Below are positions 10,522 to 23,904 of a stretch of 64,000 nt of DNA, piece by piece. Below the pieces are notes generated by a model. It ran no database searches, had not been told where the DNA came from, and saw only the letters and a list, made by a program, of their open reading frames with translations. Each line of letters starts with the position of its first letter. Within the stretch, counting starts at the first letter, position 1. A program made the position numbers and the translations under genes. Origin of the DNA: Sphaerodactylus townsendi (lineage: Eukaryota); NCBI RefSeq assembly GCF_021028975.2, contig NC_059428.1:147498001-147562000 (forward strand), read 5' to 3'.

Positions 10522-13140
10522 GATCAACTCTGGTTAGGACTGGAATAGGAGACTGCCAAGGAAGTACAGGGGTCACTATGCAGAGGAAGTAAGAACAAAG
10601 CTCCTATGTGGCCAACCTATGGCACTCCTATGTGGCCATCCTGGCAGGGGTTGATGGGAATTGTAGTCCATGGACATTTGGAACGCCATAGGTTGGCCAC
10701 CCCCGTAGGCTAATCTCTCTTGCCCTGACAACCTTGCAGGGCCGCCATAAGTCAGCCGACAGCACTCAAAGTCTGCCACTTGTGATGAAAAAGCTACATT
10801 CCTGTTAACAGGTGCTGGGTTGGTTATATGCAAAGGTTGAACAGCAGCAGATCGTTCCCAGGAAGAAAGACTCGTTCAGTGAAATGTAGGACTTTTGGAT
10901 TTTATTTAAACTGACCTAGATGGACCCAGGCTAGCGAAATCTCATCTGATCTCAGAAGGCAAGAAGGATCAGCCCCGGGTTAGGACTTGGATGGGAAACC
11001 ACCAAGGAAGTCCAGGGTCGCTATGCAGAGGAAGCAATAAGAAATCTCCTGAAAACTTTAGTGGGCTGCCATAAATCAGCTGCAACCTGACAGCACTTGA
11101 AGTCTGCCACTTGGAATACCTGCCAGGTTGGTTTTTGCTAAGTTTGAACTGCAATAGATATTCCCAGGAAGAAAGACTTGTGAAGTGAAATGGACAACTT
11201 TTATATTTTAGTTAAATTTACAATTTCACAGAAGTACTGCAATGAAAGATGCAGGAAAAAATGTGACCTTAGAGATGAATTTATTAACTCAGTGTATATT
11301 ATGAAAAAAGTAGTAGAACATGAAGAGTTTTGGATTTATATCCTGTTTTTCTCTCCTGTCAGGAGACTCAAGATGGCTTACAAAATCCTTTCCCTTCCTC
11401 TCCCCACAACAGACACCTTGTGAGGCAGGTGGGGCTGAGAGAGAGAGAACCATGACTGGCCCAAGGTCATCCAGTAGGCTTCACGTGCAGGAACAGGGAA
11501 AACAAATCTGGTTTGTGTGGAGGAGCGGGGAATCAACCCTGGTTCTCTAGATTACAGTCCACTGCTCTTAACCACTACACCACACTGGCTCACTAGAGTA
11601 TGTGTGTTTGAAAAAATTTATAATTTTTATTGTTGTCACCCCCTTCCCACCAAAAAGCTGCTCTGAAGCTTATTGTGGATTTGAGGCAGCATTGAGAATT
11701 CAGTGGTTTCTTAAACTACATGCACATATGAACCAGATGTGCCTGGCCAAAAATATGAAAACCAGGTTTTTCCTGCTTGGGGGAAAAAACAGCTATTTTA
11801 TTTGGTTCATGGGCTACAGACTGAACATAGCTTTTAAATTAAAACGGCAAAATTATCAACAAAAATCAGTATAAATATCTGAAAATTATAGCCACATTTT
11901 GCAAGACAACAAGCCTAGTTTTACTTAGAAAAAATATTTAAGCCACTCTGTGATAAAAAAAAAATTGTTATCAACTTACAAAGAAGTTAGATATGTGCAG
12001 TGTTTAAAATCTATCTTTGTTTTTCCTTTTCATTTTAAATTTCAACATAAATATTGATGGGGGAGAAGTCCCTAGCAAAGGACTTGTTGGATAAACTACA
12101 AACCACTGTGCAAATATTAATTTTTTAAAAAAACAACCCCAAAACATGAGAAAAAGGTTCTTTCTCCCGTTACAAGGGATGCTCTCCGCTCACCAAACGC
12201 ACAGGACTTTTTCACAAACATTTCTCTTATATGTGGAGCAAGCCACCTTCTGATCAGACCATGGCCTTTACACAAATACCAAACATGATGCAGTATACTC
12301 TTACTGCGACTTTTTCTTCCAATTGAAACTGAAAAAAGAGATCTTCTCCAAACAGTGTTTATTTTCTCCACAGTGCCAAGAATCATCAGCACATTGGTGG
12401 GAGGGGGAATAAGACAGTTTGCAAGTTTTCACTGCCTTCTACGAGAATGGAAAGTCCAGGGTCTTGCAGGCAGATTCCTTTCAAATACAAAATTTAAGTT
12501 TCCCTTTTCAAGGCAAAGCCTGCTTATCTACCGGGTTATAAAGAAACAGCCCAATCACAGTTCCAATCAGTTGGCTCAAGCACCCTCCCACCGATCTAAA
12601 AAAAACAAGACTCTTTTCTTTTGGCTGCATTGTGGGAAGTCAACTGGCAGAATCAACACAGTCTGAACCCATCCCAAGAAAAATCCGCTACGATCATACT
12701 CCAGTGCAGGCAAAGGAGACCATCTACTCATCTGAAAACAGACGAAGCACTTTTGACTTGCGGAGGATAGCATCAGGGACGGTTAAAAACACAACATGTT
12801 TTAAGTTTCCAACTCCCCAATAAAAAGTTCTGCCAGGGTGGGAGAAATTCATCATTCCCAGCTTTGCGAAACTGGTTAGAAAAACATGATCCAAGACACA
12901 ATAATCTTTTCTAGCCCATAGACATGGGAGAACATCCCCACCGCAGGCACTTCTGAATTACTGGAAAACAGCCCGGAAAGCATTCAGGTGTCCATGCATA
13001 CAGTAGTAAGTTGGAGCTCTCCATGGATACAGACGAATCCTATTCTTCCTTGCCTCAGTCCTTGGAGCTGAGGCAACGGGGTTCCGATGGGGAAGGCCAC
13101 AGCAAGAAATTTTCCCCAAGCACCACCAAAAAATCCTGGG

Positions 13141-13380
<240 letters not shown>

Positions 13381-14213
13381 TCAAAATAAAGCCAAAAAAA
13401 TAAAACCCTTCCAAACACTGCAAGATGAAAGCTGCATAAATTGTCTTAATGGAAATACAGAGTTTCATTATGTTGGTCACAGAAGTACTCTGTGAACAAC
13501 CCTTTTGTTTTTTATGAAGAACTTTTAAAAAATTGAACCCGGCATAAGCTTAAAAAAACTACGTCTCACACTCACGCAGCTAAACACCAAAAGGGAATTG
13601 CACCTCGAAGTTTACCACATCAAAAATGATGCACTTCATGGCCAAACGGGTTAAGGAACAGCACAATCCTAAACAGAACTGCAACTTCCAAAGTCTCTGG
13701 GCTTAGAACACACTTAGCTCACATTGTGGACAGTCGGACAGAGTTGAAGAGGACCAAAGACGCATTTGACACAATTCACTATAATGTCCAAAGGAGCTGT
13801 CTCAAAACAGCAACTCATCTGTTATATTATCTATATATCAATTTGCATCTATTGGTTGAAATCCCACTTTCCTCCCTAGTCGGGACTCACAGTGGCTTTG
13901 AACATCGCTGTTCTGAAGTCAGGTTTCCCAAGATTCCAGTCCAACACTCTGTCCACTAGAGCTGGGCCAGGCCAGCTCTTACCCTACTGGACACATGCGA
14001 TTCCTTGGGAACATGCGATTCTGCTAGACTAGTGCGATTCCATTAGACACATGCAGTTTTTGGGCTGGTATCCAGAGGTCCTTTCAAACCTGAACATAGT
14101 CATGTCTTTTAAAAATAATTCCTTTAACACAACAGCCACGTTCCTGGGCGGAGGAGAGATGTATCTCAAGGCACTTAAAAAACCTTTTACAGAAGTTGGA
14201 GGCAGCCACTTAC

Positions 14214-14319
14214 TTCATCCACTCCTCCTTCAGGCAGATGAGGCACTGGTCGACCACGTCCACTGAAAGGTTCTGGTTTGTCAAGGCAGCTTCGACCTTG
14301 TTCAAGATGGTCGGGCCCA
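14214..14319 (-). CDS. FLCN: Folliculin exon 13
   Basis: [35 protein letters not shown]; 106 nt; AG/GT. Confidence 0.96.
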
Positions 14320-14685
14320 CTGTTTCCCAGAAGAAGGAGGAAACGCCTTTAGTCTGTGACAAACTGCTCATTACATCTAAAATTATCCACTTGGCAAGCT
14401 CTAGGTCGGGGTTCTCAGCATTTTTAAGACTCTGGCCACCTTTGGAATTCTGTTCCAGGTTGCTGGGCACCACCACACAATGGCAGCCACAGGAGGCAGA
14501 GCCAGCTACAAAATAGCTGCCGTGGGAGGCGGAGCTGCACAGAGGGAAGTCCACGTGAGAAACTCTCTCAGAAGGGAGTTAACCTTTTAAGTGTAATTCT
14601 TTTAAGATATATATATATATAAAACAGTTATAAGAAGAGTTAGGATTAATACCCCACCTTTCTCTCCTTGTAAGGAGACTCCAAT

Positions 14686-14833
14686 CAGGGGTAGGGAACC
14701 TGCGGCTCTCCAGATGTTCAGGAACTACAATTCCCATCAGCCTCTGTCAGCATGGCCAATTGGCCATGCTGGTAGGGGCTGATGGGAATTGTAGTTCCTG
14801 AACATCTGGAGAGCCGCAGGTTCCCTACCCCTG
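14686..14833. mobile_element. Palindromic hAT-type MITE nested in a SINE
   Basis: CAGGGGTAGGGAACCTGCGG...CCGCAGGTTCCCTACCCCTG, near-perfect hairpin centred on GGCCAATTGGCC. Relatives at ~8958-9079, 9388-9527, 10606-10705, 24434-24545, 48684-48750, 57681-57826, 62955-63041. Confidence 0.8.
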
Positions 14834-15485
14834 CTCTAGCTCAAGGTGGCCTACGAGCTCCTTTCCCTTCCTCTCTCCACAACAGACACCTTGTGAGGTA
14901 GGTGGGGCTGAGAGAGTTCTGAAGAACTGTGACTGGCCCAAGGTCACCCAAAGGGAATACAGGAGTGCGGAAACACATCTGGTTCACCAGATAAGCCTCC
15001 GCCACTCAGGTGAAGGAGCGGGAATTAAACCGGGTTCTCCAGATTAGAATCCACTTGCTCTTAACCACTACACCACACTGATGGACCCATAAGAATACAT
15101 AGTCACCTTACACTGAATCAGATTTTTGGTCAATGAATGTCAGAATTATCTAGTCAGGTGGGCAGCTGCTCTCCAAGGTCTCCAATGCTGGGGATTGAAC
15201 CTGGCACCTTCTGCACGCCAACCAGGAAATATACGTATACTTTTCCTTAGCGCAAAGCACACCCATCATTTACACAGTATGGCGTACCATCTGATGAACA
15301 GCAAACTAGGTTACTTTCATGTAACCTCTGACCCTAAATGCGCCTCCTCTTTCTATGCACCTATCCAAACTTGGGAGAAGTCGTGATATCTTTGTACCCC
15401 TAAATCTACAGCCGCTACTGAGGAAAGCGTGGTATTTGTCTACCGAACACCACGCGTTTTGGAGATGGCTGAACATGCTGTTTAC

Positions 15486-15617
15486 CTCTGTCTGCTGCTA
15501 CAGGGCTCCCGCTGGTGACCACAAATTCGTATTTGCTGAGCGCTTGTTCATCATCGAACAAAACAGGGTAGAGGCTCAACCTAGTGGCAGTGCGGACTTC
15601 CACAAGGACAGCAAATT
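15486..15617 (-). CDS. FLCN: Folliculin exon 12
   Basis: EFAVLVEV...[18 protein letters not shown]; 132 nt; AG/GT. Confidence 0.94.
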
Positions 15618-15985
15618 CTGGATCAAAAGATACATGTGCACAGATCCGGTACAGTTATAACAACAGGTGGCAACATGGGAATCCCAGGCTTGTTTTCTTT
15701 TGAAGAAGAAGAGTTTGGATTTATATCCCCCCCCCCTTCTCTCCTGTAAGGAGACTCAAAGGGGCTGACCATCTCCTTTCCCACCCCCACCCCAACAAAT
15801 ACTGTGTGAGGTGCTCAACCCCGGGCCTGCCACCCAAGCCAAGAAAGGATGGCATGACAGTTTCCATAGAAACAGGAATGGAGTTAAATCCCGTTTTAAA
15901 ATAACTGGCATCGTGTTTCTTTCTGTACTGGATGAATGCAGAGACTGCAAAGGGTTGGGGTGGAGGAAGCAAATGCTGCTTTTAC

Positions 15986-16109
15986 CAGATGACAGAATGT
16001 GAGGCGGGACCGGCACGTGAGGGGCGAGCCCAAGGAAGTTACATCGATAGGCTTCCTCGTATTTGTCGCTGTAGGGGATGATCCGAACGCAACCAACAGG
16101 CAGCATGGT
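15986..16109 (-). CDS. FLCN: Folliculin exon 11
   Basis: [28 protein letters not shown]; 124 nt; AG/GT. Confidence 0.95.
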
Positions 16110-16263
16110 CTGGCAGAGGAAGGAAAAAACCAGGGCAAGTGAGCAGTGCGGCAAGGCCTGGCCGCTTGCCTTCTGTGACCTCACTGCCACTCAGCCAATC
16201 AGAGGTCTCACTGCCCTTTGCACACTCCACAAGAGATCAGGGACAAGGGACAGCCATCCCTAC

Positions 16264-16377
16264 CCGTAGGACATCAAAAGCAGACTGGACGAGATCCGGG
16301 TCCCGTGCTTTCCAGATGACTTGATTTCCCATGAGCACGTGCCACGCCAGCATGTGAAAAGCCGACGCCCCCAGGAC
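16264..16377 (-). CDS. FLCN: Folliculin exon 10
   Basis: [38 protein letters not shown]; 114 nt; AG/GT. Confidence 0.95.
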
Positions 16378-16679
16378 CTGAGAAACAAAAAGGAGGTTAT
16401 GATCCATCAGCTATAGCTTTGGAAGGGAATAATCCTAGGGCAGGTCTTGCAGGAATTTCCCCCACCTGTGCTGATCAGGGAACTTGGGGCAAAAACTGAG
16501 AAAATTATAGGTTGGAAACACCACCAGGTCTGCCAGGGAGGTGGTGGTAGGAACAAAATGCCTCCCATAGTTTATCTTCCAATCACACAGAAAAGATTTC
16601 ATTGAAAATTTTAATTATATTTATACCCCCACACATACCCAGCTGGAGCCAGACTTTGGGTGGCTTAAAACCACAATAT

Positions 16680-16965
16680 AGTGTAGTGGTTAAGAGCAGG
16701 TGCACTCTAATCTGGAGAACCGGGTTTGATTCCTGCTCTGCCACTTGAGCTGTGGAGGCTTATCTGGTGAATCAGATAAGCTTGTGCACTCCAACACATG
16801 CCAGCTGGGTGACCTTGCGCTAGTCACAGCTCTTTGGAGCTCTCTCAGCCCCACCTACCTCACAGGGTGTTTGTTGTTGGGGGGGAAGGGAAAGGAGATT
16901 GTAAGCCCCTTTGAGTCTCCTACAGGAGAGAAAGGGGGAATATAAATCCAAACTTCTTTTTCTTC
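16680..16965 (+). mobile_element. Squam3-like SINE
   Basis: Near full-length copy with A and B boxes. Confidence 0.8.
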
Positions 16966-17262
16966 CTGCCTGGTCAAATGATCTATGATGATGGATTCAA
17001 AGTGCAGGAAAAGAGATTCCACCTAAAAACAAACATCGGGAAGAACTTCCTGACAGTCAGTAGTATTCAGCAGTGGAATGAGGTGCCTTGGAGGGTAGCT
17101 GGAGTCTCCTTTGGAGGTTTTTCAACAGAGGCTGGATGGCCATGTGTCAGGAGACGTTGATTGTGTGTTTCTGCATGGCAGGGGGTTGGACTGGATGGCC
17201 TTTGGGATCTCTTCCAATTCTACGATTCTGTGATCTCCTAGCAAGGGGCTCCAACCCCTTAC

Positions 17263-17456
17263 CTGTCTCAAATGCCGGAGGGACCGGAAAACAGACTGGT
17301 TTCTGGGCCCTCCATTCCAGCTACCGCAGTCTAACAGCAGAGACGAATCAGTCGGGCTCTTGACCAGTTCGCGGCCTTCCCCAATGCCCACCCGGCTGGA
17401 AGGCTTCCCGTCTTCTTCCTCGGAGTTATCCCAGCCTTCGGATTCTTCTTCAAGAT
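17263..17456 (-). CDS. FLCN: Folliculin exon 9
   Basis: DLEEESEGWDNSEEE...VFRSLRHLRQ; 194 nt; AG/GT. Confidence 0.92.
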
Positions 17457-17657
17457 CTTTTTTTAAAAAGGAGAAGATAATCACAATTTTGATGTTAGCT
17501 CAGCAAATTCCAGTTCCGCACTCCACCTCGGGAAGCGCAACAAACCAACCTCAAGTATTTGAACTTTCCACGGCACAAGTGGCAGAGTGGGGAATCAAAC
17601 CTGGTTCTCCAGATTAGAGTGCACCTGCTCTTAACCACTACAGCATGCTGGCTCTCA

Positions 17658-17999
<342 letters not shown>

Positions 18000-18260
18000 T
18001 TATGTGTAAGTTACAGCGGAGGTCCGGCACCGAGCGTACCAGCCACAAGCCCTGCCGCTTCTTCCCAGCACCTAGCGATGAGTGGAACACTGGAACTGAA
18101 CCAAGAGCTATCATGGTTTTAACGGTACATTGCCATAACACCCTTTGGGTGAGCAGCAACTTTAAAAGTCTTAACAAATAAAGAAAATGAACCACTCGAA
18201 GGTACCCACACGTGCCCCAAAATGTACATACACAAGCACTCCTCACTTAGGAGCTCATTA

Positions 18261-19040
<780 letters not shown>

Positions 19041-19097
19041 CTATGCCGCTGAGGCTAATGGGAGTGTGAAAAACGTGGAGAGCTCAATTCGGTTTCA

Positions 19098-19268
<171 letters not shown>

Positions 19269-19451
19269 CTAAAGCAAGGGGAGGAGGGAAGAGAGACAGT
19301 CAGGTCGCTGCCTGAATTCCAGGGATAAAATAATGCCCTTCTTTGGAAAGGAAAATAAATCCCTATTGATTATTTCAGGATAAAAGTAAATTCATATCTT
19401 TGAGACGAGACCGAATCTTGCTACATTCTTTTTGTACAGGTGACCAGAAAC

Positions 19452-19920
19452 CAGGGGCTGGGCGTCGATTTCGGTTTTAGTCGATTCCTTTCGGAATTAT
19501 CGATGAAAACCGAGGTACCATTTGCCATAGGAATCAACGTGAATCCAGTTAATCCGTTCAAGAACGGATTAATTGGCTTCCTCAAACCCCAGCCAGGAGG
19601 CAGAGGGAGCTCCTTATTTGGGCAGTGACACCCCCTGATGTCACTGCCCAAATAAGGAGCTCCCTCTGCCTCTCCTGGCTGGGCTTCCTCAAACCCCAGC
19701 CGGGAGGCAGAGGGAGCGAAAGGAAGGAGGGGGGAACCTTCCTTTTGCTTGGGTGATTTCCCCTGAAGACGGGAGGGAGGGAGCGACAAAAACCGAGGCA
19801 ATCAACGAAAACCGAGACAAATTTTGCCCAGAAAAAGTCGACGAAAACCAAAACCGACGAAAACCAAAGTCAACGATAACCGAGGTACCACTGTATCTAT
19901 TTGGAAAACCAACACCAGCT
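19452..19920. mobile_element. Probable non-autonomous DNA transposon with AAACCG subterminal repeats and an internal hairpin
   Basis: CpG-rich insert in the FLCN exon 4-5 intron; repeated AAAACCGA; inverted repeat 19588-19683. Confidence 0.45.
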
Positions 19921-19999
19921 TTGGATAGCCATTTAGAGACCTAAGAGAGAGAGAGAGAAATCTTAGCATTTGCAGAGAAGCAGGAGTCGTCTCCCTGAC

Positions 20000-20248
20000 C
20001 TCGCACATTTCCGACTTCTTCGGTCCCGGGCTGCTGGAGTCCACGCTGGCGCCCTCCACCGGACTGTGCGGCCGGATCCGGCTGCTCATTTGAATGCCCC
20101 CTTCCTCCTCTTCCGGCTGCTCGCTGTGTCCTGGGCTGTCCCCATTTCCTGCACCATGCGGAAGAGGGGCGTGCAGGACTTCCGTACAGAAGAGGGTGCG
20201 TGGGCCATGCAATTCACAGAAGTGGCAAAGGACCACAATGGCGTTCAT
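20000..20248 (-). CDS. FLCN: Folliculin first coding exon (human exon 4)
   Basis: [26 protein letters not shown]...PKKSEMCE; 249 nt; the 11 exons total 1749 nt (582 aa). Confidence 0.96.
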
Positions 20249-20779
20249 CGCAGCTCAGGGAAGTCCACGAAATGACTTCCAGGGCCTTCCCCTTCTTCCG
20301 CTTGGTCTAATTCCACTTTGGAACGGAACCTGGGTCCTCAAAAAAACACAACAACTTTATTTTAAATTTGTTCAGGGAAATACATCCGAACACTAAAACA
20401 CTGGACTTTTCCACACCATTCATTTAAAACGTTTTGAGGCAGGAAATGAAATGTTTCCCCCTTGTCCTCTTTTTCCGCTTTCCCCCATTCTGCTTTGGTT
20501 CAAAATTTGACACGATTTCATTGTACTGTGCCCAACAGACCAAATCACCAGGGGTGGGAGAGGTGGATTGCTTGATAAATAAAACAATTTTGTTGTTATA
20601 TAGTCAAGAAATCCGGAGCACGGCTTGGGAAAGAGAGCCAAGAGGCGTGTGTTTTTTAATCTCAACCTCGTCTCCTCCCCAATGGCTCAAGGGAAGGAGG
20701 TGGGGGAAGCCATTCTGTGCTGTATAAAACTAGGGTTGCCTGTGGTATCTGGAAATCTACTATTACAAAGTGGTGCAAA

Positions 20780-21600
20780 GTGCCATCAAGCCGCAGCTGA
20801 GTTATGGGGACCCTGTGGGGTTGTCAAGGCAAGAGATAAACAGAAGTGGCCTCTGCACAGGAAACTTGGACTTCCTTGGTGTCTCACATCCAAATACTAA
20901 CCTGTGCCGTCCTAGCTTAGTTCCAAGATCTGACAAGATCAAGCTAGCCTGAGCCACCAGATCACAGCAAATGATGGACAGAGGTGGTTTGTTGCTTTCT
21001 GCCTCTGCATAACAACCTTGGACTTCCTTGGTGGTCTTCCATCCAAGGACTAAACCAGGGCCGACCCTGCTTAGCTTCTGAGATCTGACAAGATCGGACT
21101 AGCTTAGACTATACAGTTCAAGGCAAGAGACATACAGAGGTGGTTTGCCACTGCCTGCCTCTGCGTAGCAACCCTGGACTTCCTTGGTGGCCTCCCATCC
21201 AAGTACTAAACCAGGGCCAACCCTGCTTAGCTTCTGAATTCTGACAAGGTCGGACTAGCTTAGACTGTACAGTTCAAGGCAAGAGACATACAGAGGTGGT
21301 TTGCCACTGCCTGCCTCTGCGTAGCAACCCTGGACTTCCTTGGTGGCCTCCCATCCAAGTACTAAACCAGGGCCGATCCTGCTTAACTTCTGAGATCTGA
21401 TGAGATCAACCTAGCCTAGGCCTTCTAGGTCACGGCAAGAGATTGACAGAGGTGGTTTGCCATTGCCTGCCACTGCATAGTAGCCCTTGGACATCCTTGG
21501 TGGTCTTCCATCCAAATACTAAACCGAGGCCAACCCTGCTTAGCTTCTGATTGCAAGCTAGCCTAGGCTATCTAGGTCAGGGAAAGAGGTGGTTTGCATG
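20780..21600 (-). repeat. Tandem array (~5 units, ~156-bp period) of 5S rRNA-derived SINE heads
   Basis: GGAC(T/A)TCCTTGGTG recurs at ~20869, 21020, 21176, 21332, 21489; minus strand reads CAGAAGCTAAGCAGGGTCGGCCCTGGTTTAGTACTTGGATGGGAG, matching the 5S internal control region. Confidence 0.85.
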
Positions 21601-21721
21601 GGTTCAGATGATCCGTATTTTTTTTTTAAAGACGGATTATAATGGTCAGTGCGATAACAGATGCTTGGCCCAGCTGTCTGATACAGGCTGAAGAGCCCAT
21701 CCCAGCAAGCAGCCCCCTTAC

Positions 21722-21960
21722 CTCTGCCTCTGTTGCGTTGCTTATCCAAGGCGCTAGTCCGGGCTGAGGTCACCCCCCAAAGCGAAGGGCTTCCCTCGGG
21801 CTCCCTCGCCTTCTCCTCTGCGCATGCGCGCCGGTCCACGGCGAGGTTCCAACCCCAAGCGCCTGACACTGACTGGGCGGGCGGTACCACCCCGCGCCCG
21901 TCCGAGGGGGGAGATAAAACCCCCTCGCGGCTTTTAAAGGGCCAAGTCGAGCCCAGCAGG
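21722..21960 (-). promoter_or_regulatory. FLCN CpG-rich promoter and probable non-coding exon 1
   Basis: CpG-rich; NRF1 TGCGCATGCGC at 21819-21829; GC box; donor GAG|gtaagg at 21722/21721. Confidence 0.6.
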
Positions 21961-23850
21961 AGAGAACAGCCCTTCTAGACATCGAAAAAGAGAGGTTTAA
22001 TTCCCCAAAAGCTCCTAGGAGCAGTTTTGTGCCGCTTCAGAGCCCGATCTGCTCTTCTCCCCGGAATTTGCGAATGGTTCGACCCAAGGGCATACGATTC
22101 ATCGACGAATGGGGAAGACCATCTCTAAAATAGGGGAGAGGAATGAGCCTCTATCAAGGGATGAGCGAGGTAGGCAAAGAGACGCAAAAAAAGTAAGTTT
22201 AAAAGGAAGAGGAAAGCTCCAAAGAAGGCGATACAGAAAGGTGCAGCGGCTCTAAAACAAATTTCTTCATTTCAACCCCCACCCGTCTTTAGGAGATGGT
22301 ACGAGCCGCCCAGTCCTATGACTGTCTTGTGATGGAAACAGGGAGGCGGGTGCAAAATTGCAGGGGAGAAATTGGGGCACGGTTGAAACTACCATGAACC
22401 TGTGGCGAATGATCAGTGCAGAGCTGCATTCCCCTGGCACGGTTTCCCATGTGTGGTTTTCTCCCTCAGTTTTATTTATTGCTTTTTGTAGCCTTGCCAA
22501 CCTCCAGGCGGGGCCTGGGGATCTCCCAGGATCACCTCCTCACCACAGAGATCAGTTTTCCTGAAAAGCTGGCTTGCTTGGGAGAGCGGGCTATCTGACA
22601 TTATACTCCACTGAGGTTCCTCCCCAAACCCCACGCTTGTCCAGGCTTCACACCCTAATCTCCAGGAATTTTCCCACCTGGAGTTGGCAACCGTACTGGA
22701 GCTGGAAGCCACCCCTCTTGAATCTTAAGACTGCTGCATAAGGGGTGAGGGAAAGCCAGGAGTCATGCCAGTCCATTGGGAAATCTGAAAATGAATACAA
22801 GCCCCAACCCAAATCATATCTTTTATTTGAAACAACACCAGTTAATGGGCAAGCTTTCAAGTGCTACAAAACTCTTCGTCAGGCTCAGTTATGGTTGCAA
22901 ACTTTGGCCTAGGAAGCCGGTATCGCATACACCCCTGGCCTACTTTGGTCGCACATCGAGAAAGCACACAAGACTCTCTAGGAAATATAGGGGCAGTGAT
23001 AAGTGACCAAAAGAAACCCTTTGAACATTAGAACCACAGACAGCGGCTGAGTTAACATATTCAGTGCGTGAAGGATCCTATTACAAAGGAGCAGCTTAAA
23101 TGCTTGATACTGCAATCAGATCTGTTTCTCTGCCTTGGCAAAATGCAATGCACCTTGGGGTGGAATGGGGGAAAGCAAAAATTGAGGCGCTACAGATGGG
23201 AGTTGGGATGGCTGTACCTATCAAGAATGATGAAAGTTAGTCAGAGCCCTCCAAACTTTCAGGGGCTAACTCTTAGCCCACTGCCATATGAACCATCCTG
23301 AGCTGGGCCAGATTTTCTGTTTCAGAATTGTGCATAAAAGAACTGGACACTTCCTTTCACCCTTGCCAGTAAAACTGTTCGGCGCCTGAGCCCACAAAGC
23401 CCATGTAACATTTTATCTAGACTAACTTTCCTAATATAATTATTCTGCTCATAACAAGAAAAAACTATCTTTTTAAAAAATGAACAGAGAGAACCCCATA
23501 AAATTATCTTGTCACATAGACGGGGGGGGGAAGACCATACGAAAAACAGCAATGTTCAAGCCACGTCAAACAAAAAGCAAATTATTTAATGCATTGACGA
23601 TGTTAATTTCCAGATAAATACACAACAGAATGAGATTTTTCCTTTCTTCACAAAGGATATTTTTTCTGGATATCATACAGTACTGAGAAGATGTGTCATT
23701 TACACTTTGCTTTCAAAGTCCCGGTGAAAACAGTCAATTCTCTGCTTGCTGTATACTTTGTAACACTTGGATCCTAAAGGTGATTTTCTTTAGCTTTGTT
23801 TGTTTGCAACGGAACAGCAAGCAGGCAACACAAAACAAAAAATGTGATTT

Positions 23851-23904
23851 TCAAGAATAACTGGATGGCTTGCTTCCTGCTTCGTCTTCTTGAGACCCCA
23901 TGCT
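23851..23904 (-). CDS. COPS3: COP9 signalosome subunit 3, exon 12
   Basis: SMGSQEDEAGSKPSSYS*; AG acceptor. Confidence 0.93.
   Translation of the reverse strand, partial: SMGSQEDEAGSKPSSYS

Noticed and set aside
9733-10548. Several long + strand ORFs over the PLD6 island, and the TTG-extended N-terminus to 10250
   Set aside because: GC-rich antisense shadows and promoter repeats; the PLD6-like sequence starts at ATG 10082
20780-21600. 5S rRNA gene cluster
   Set aside because: Only the internal control region resembles 5S; the rest is SINE body
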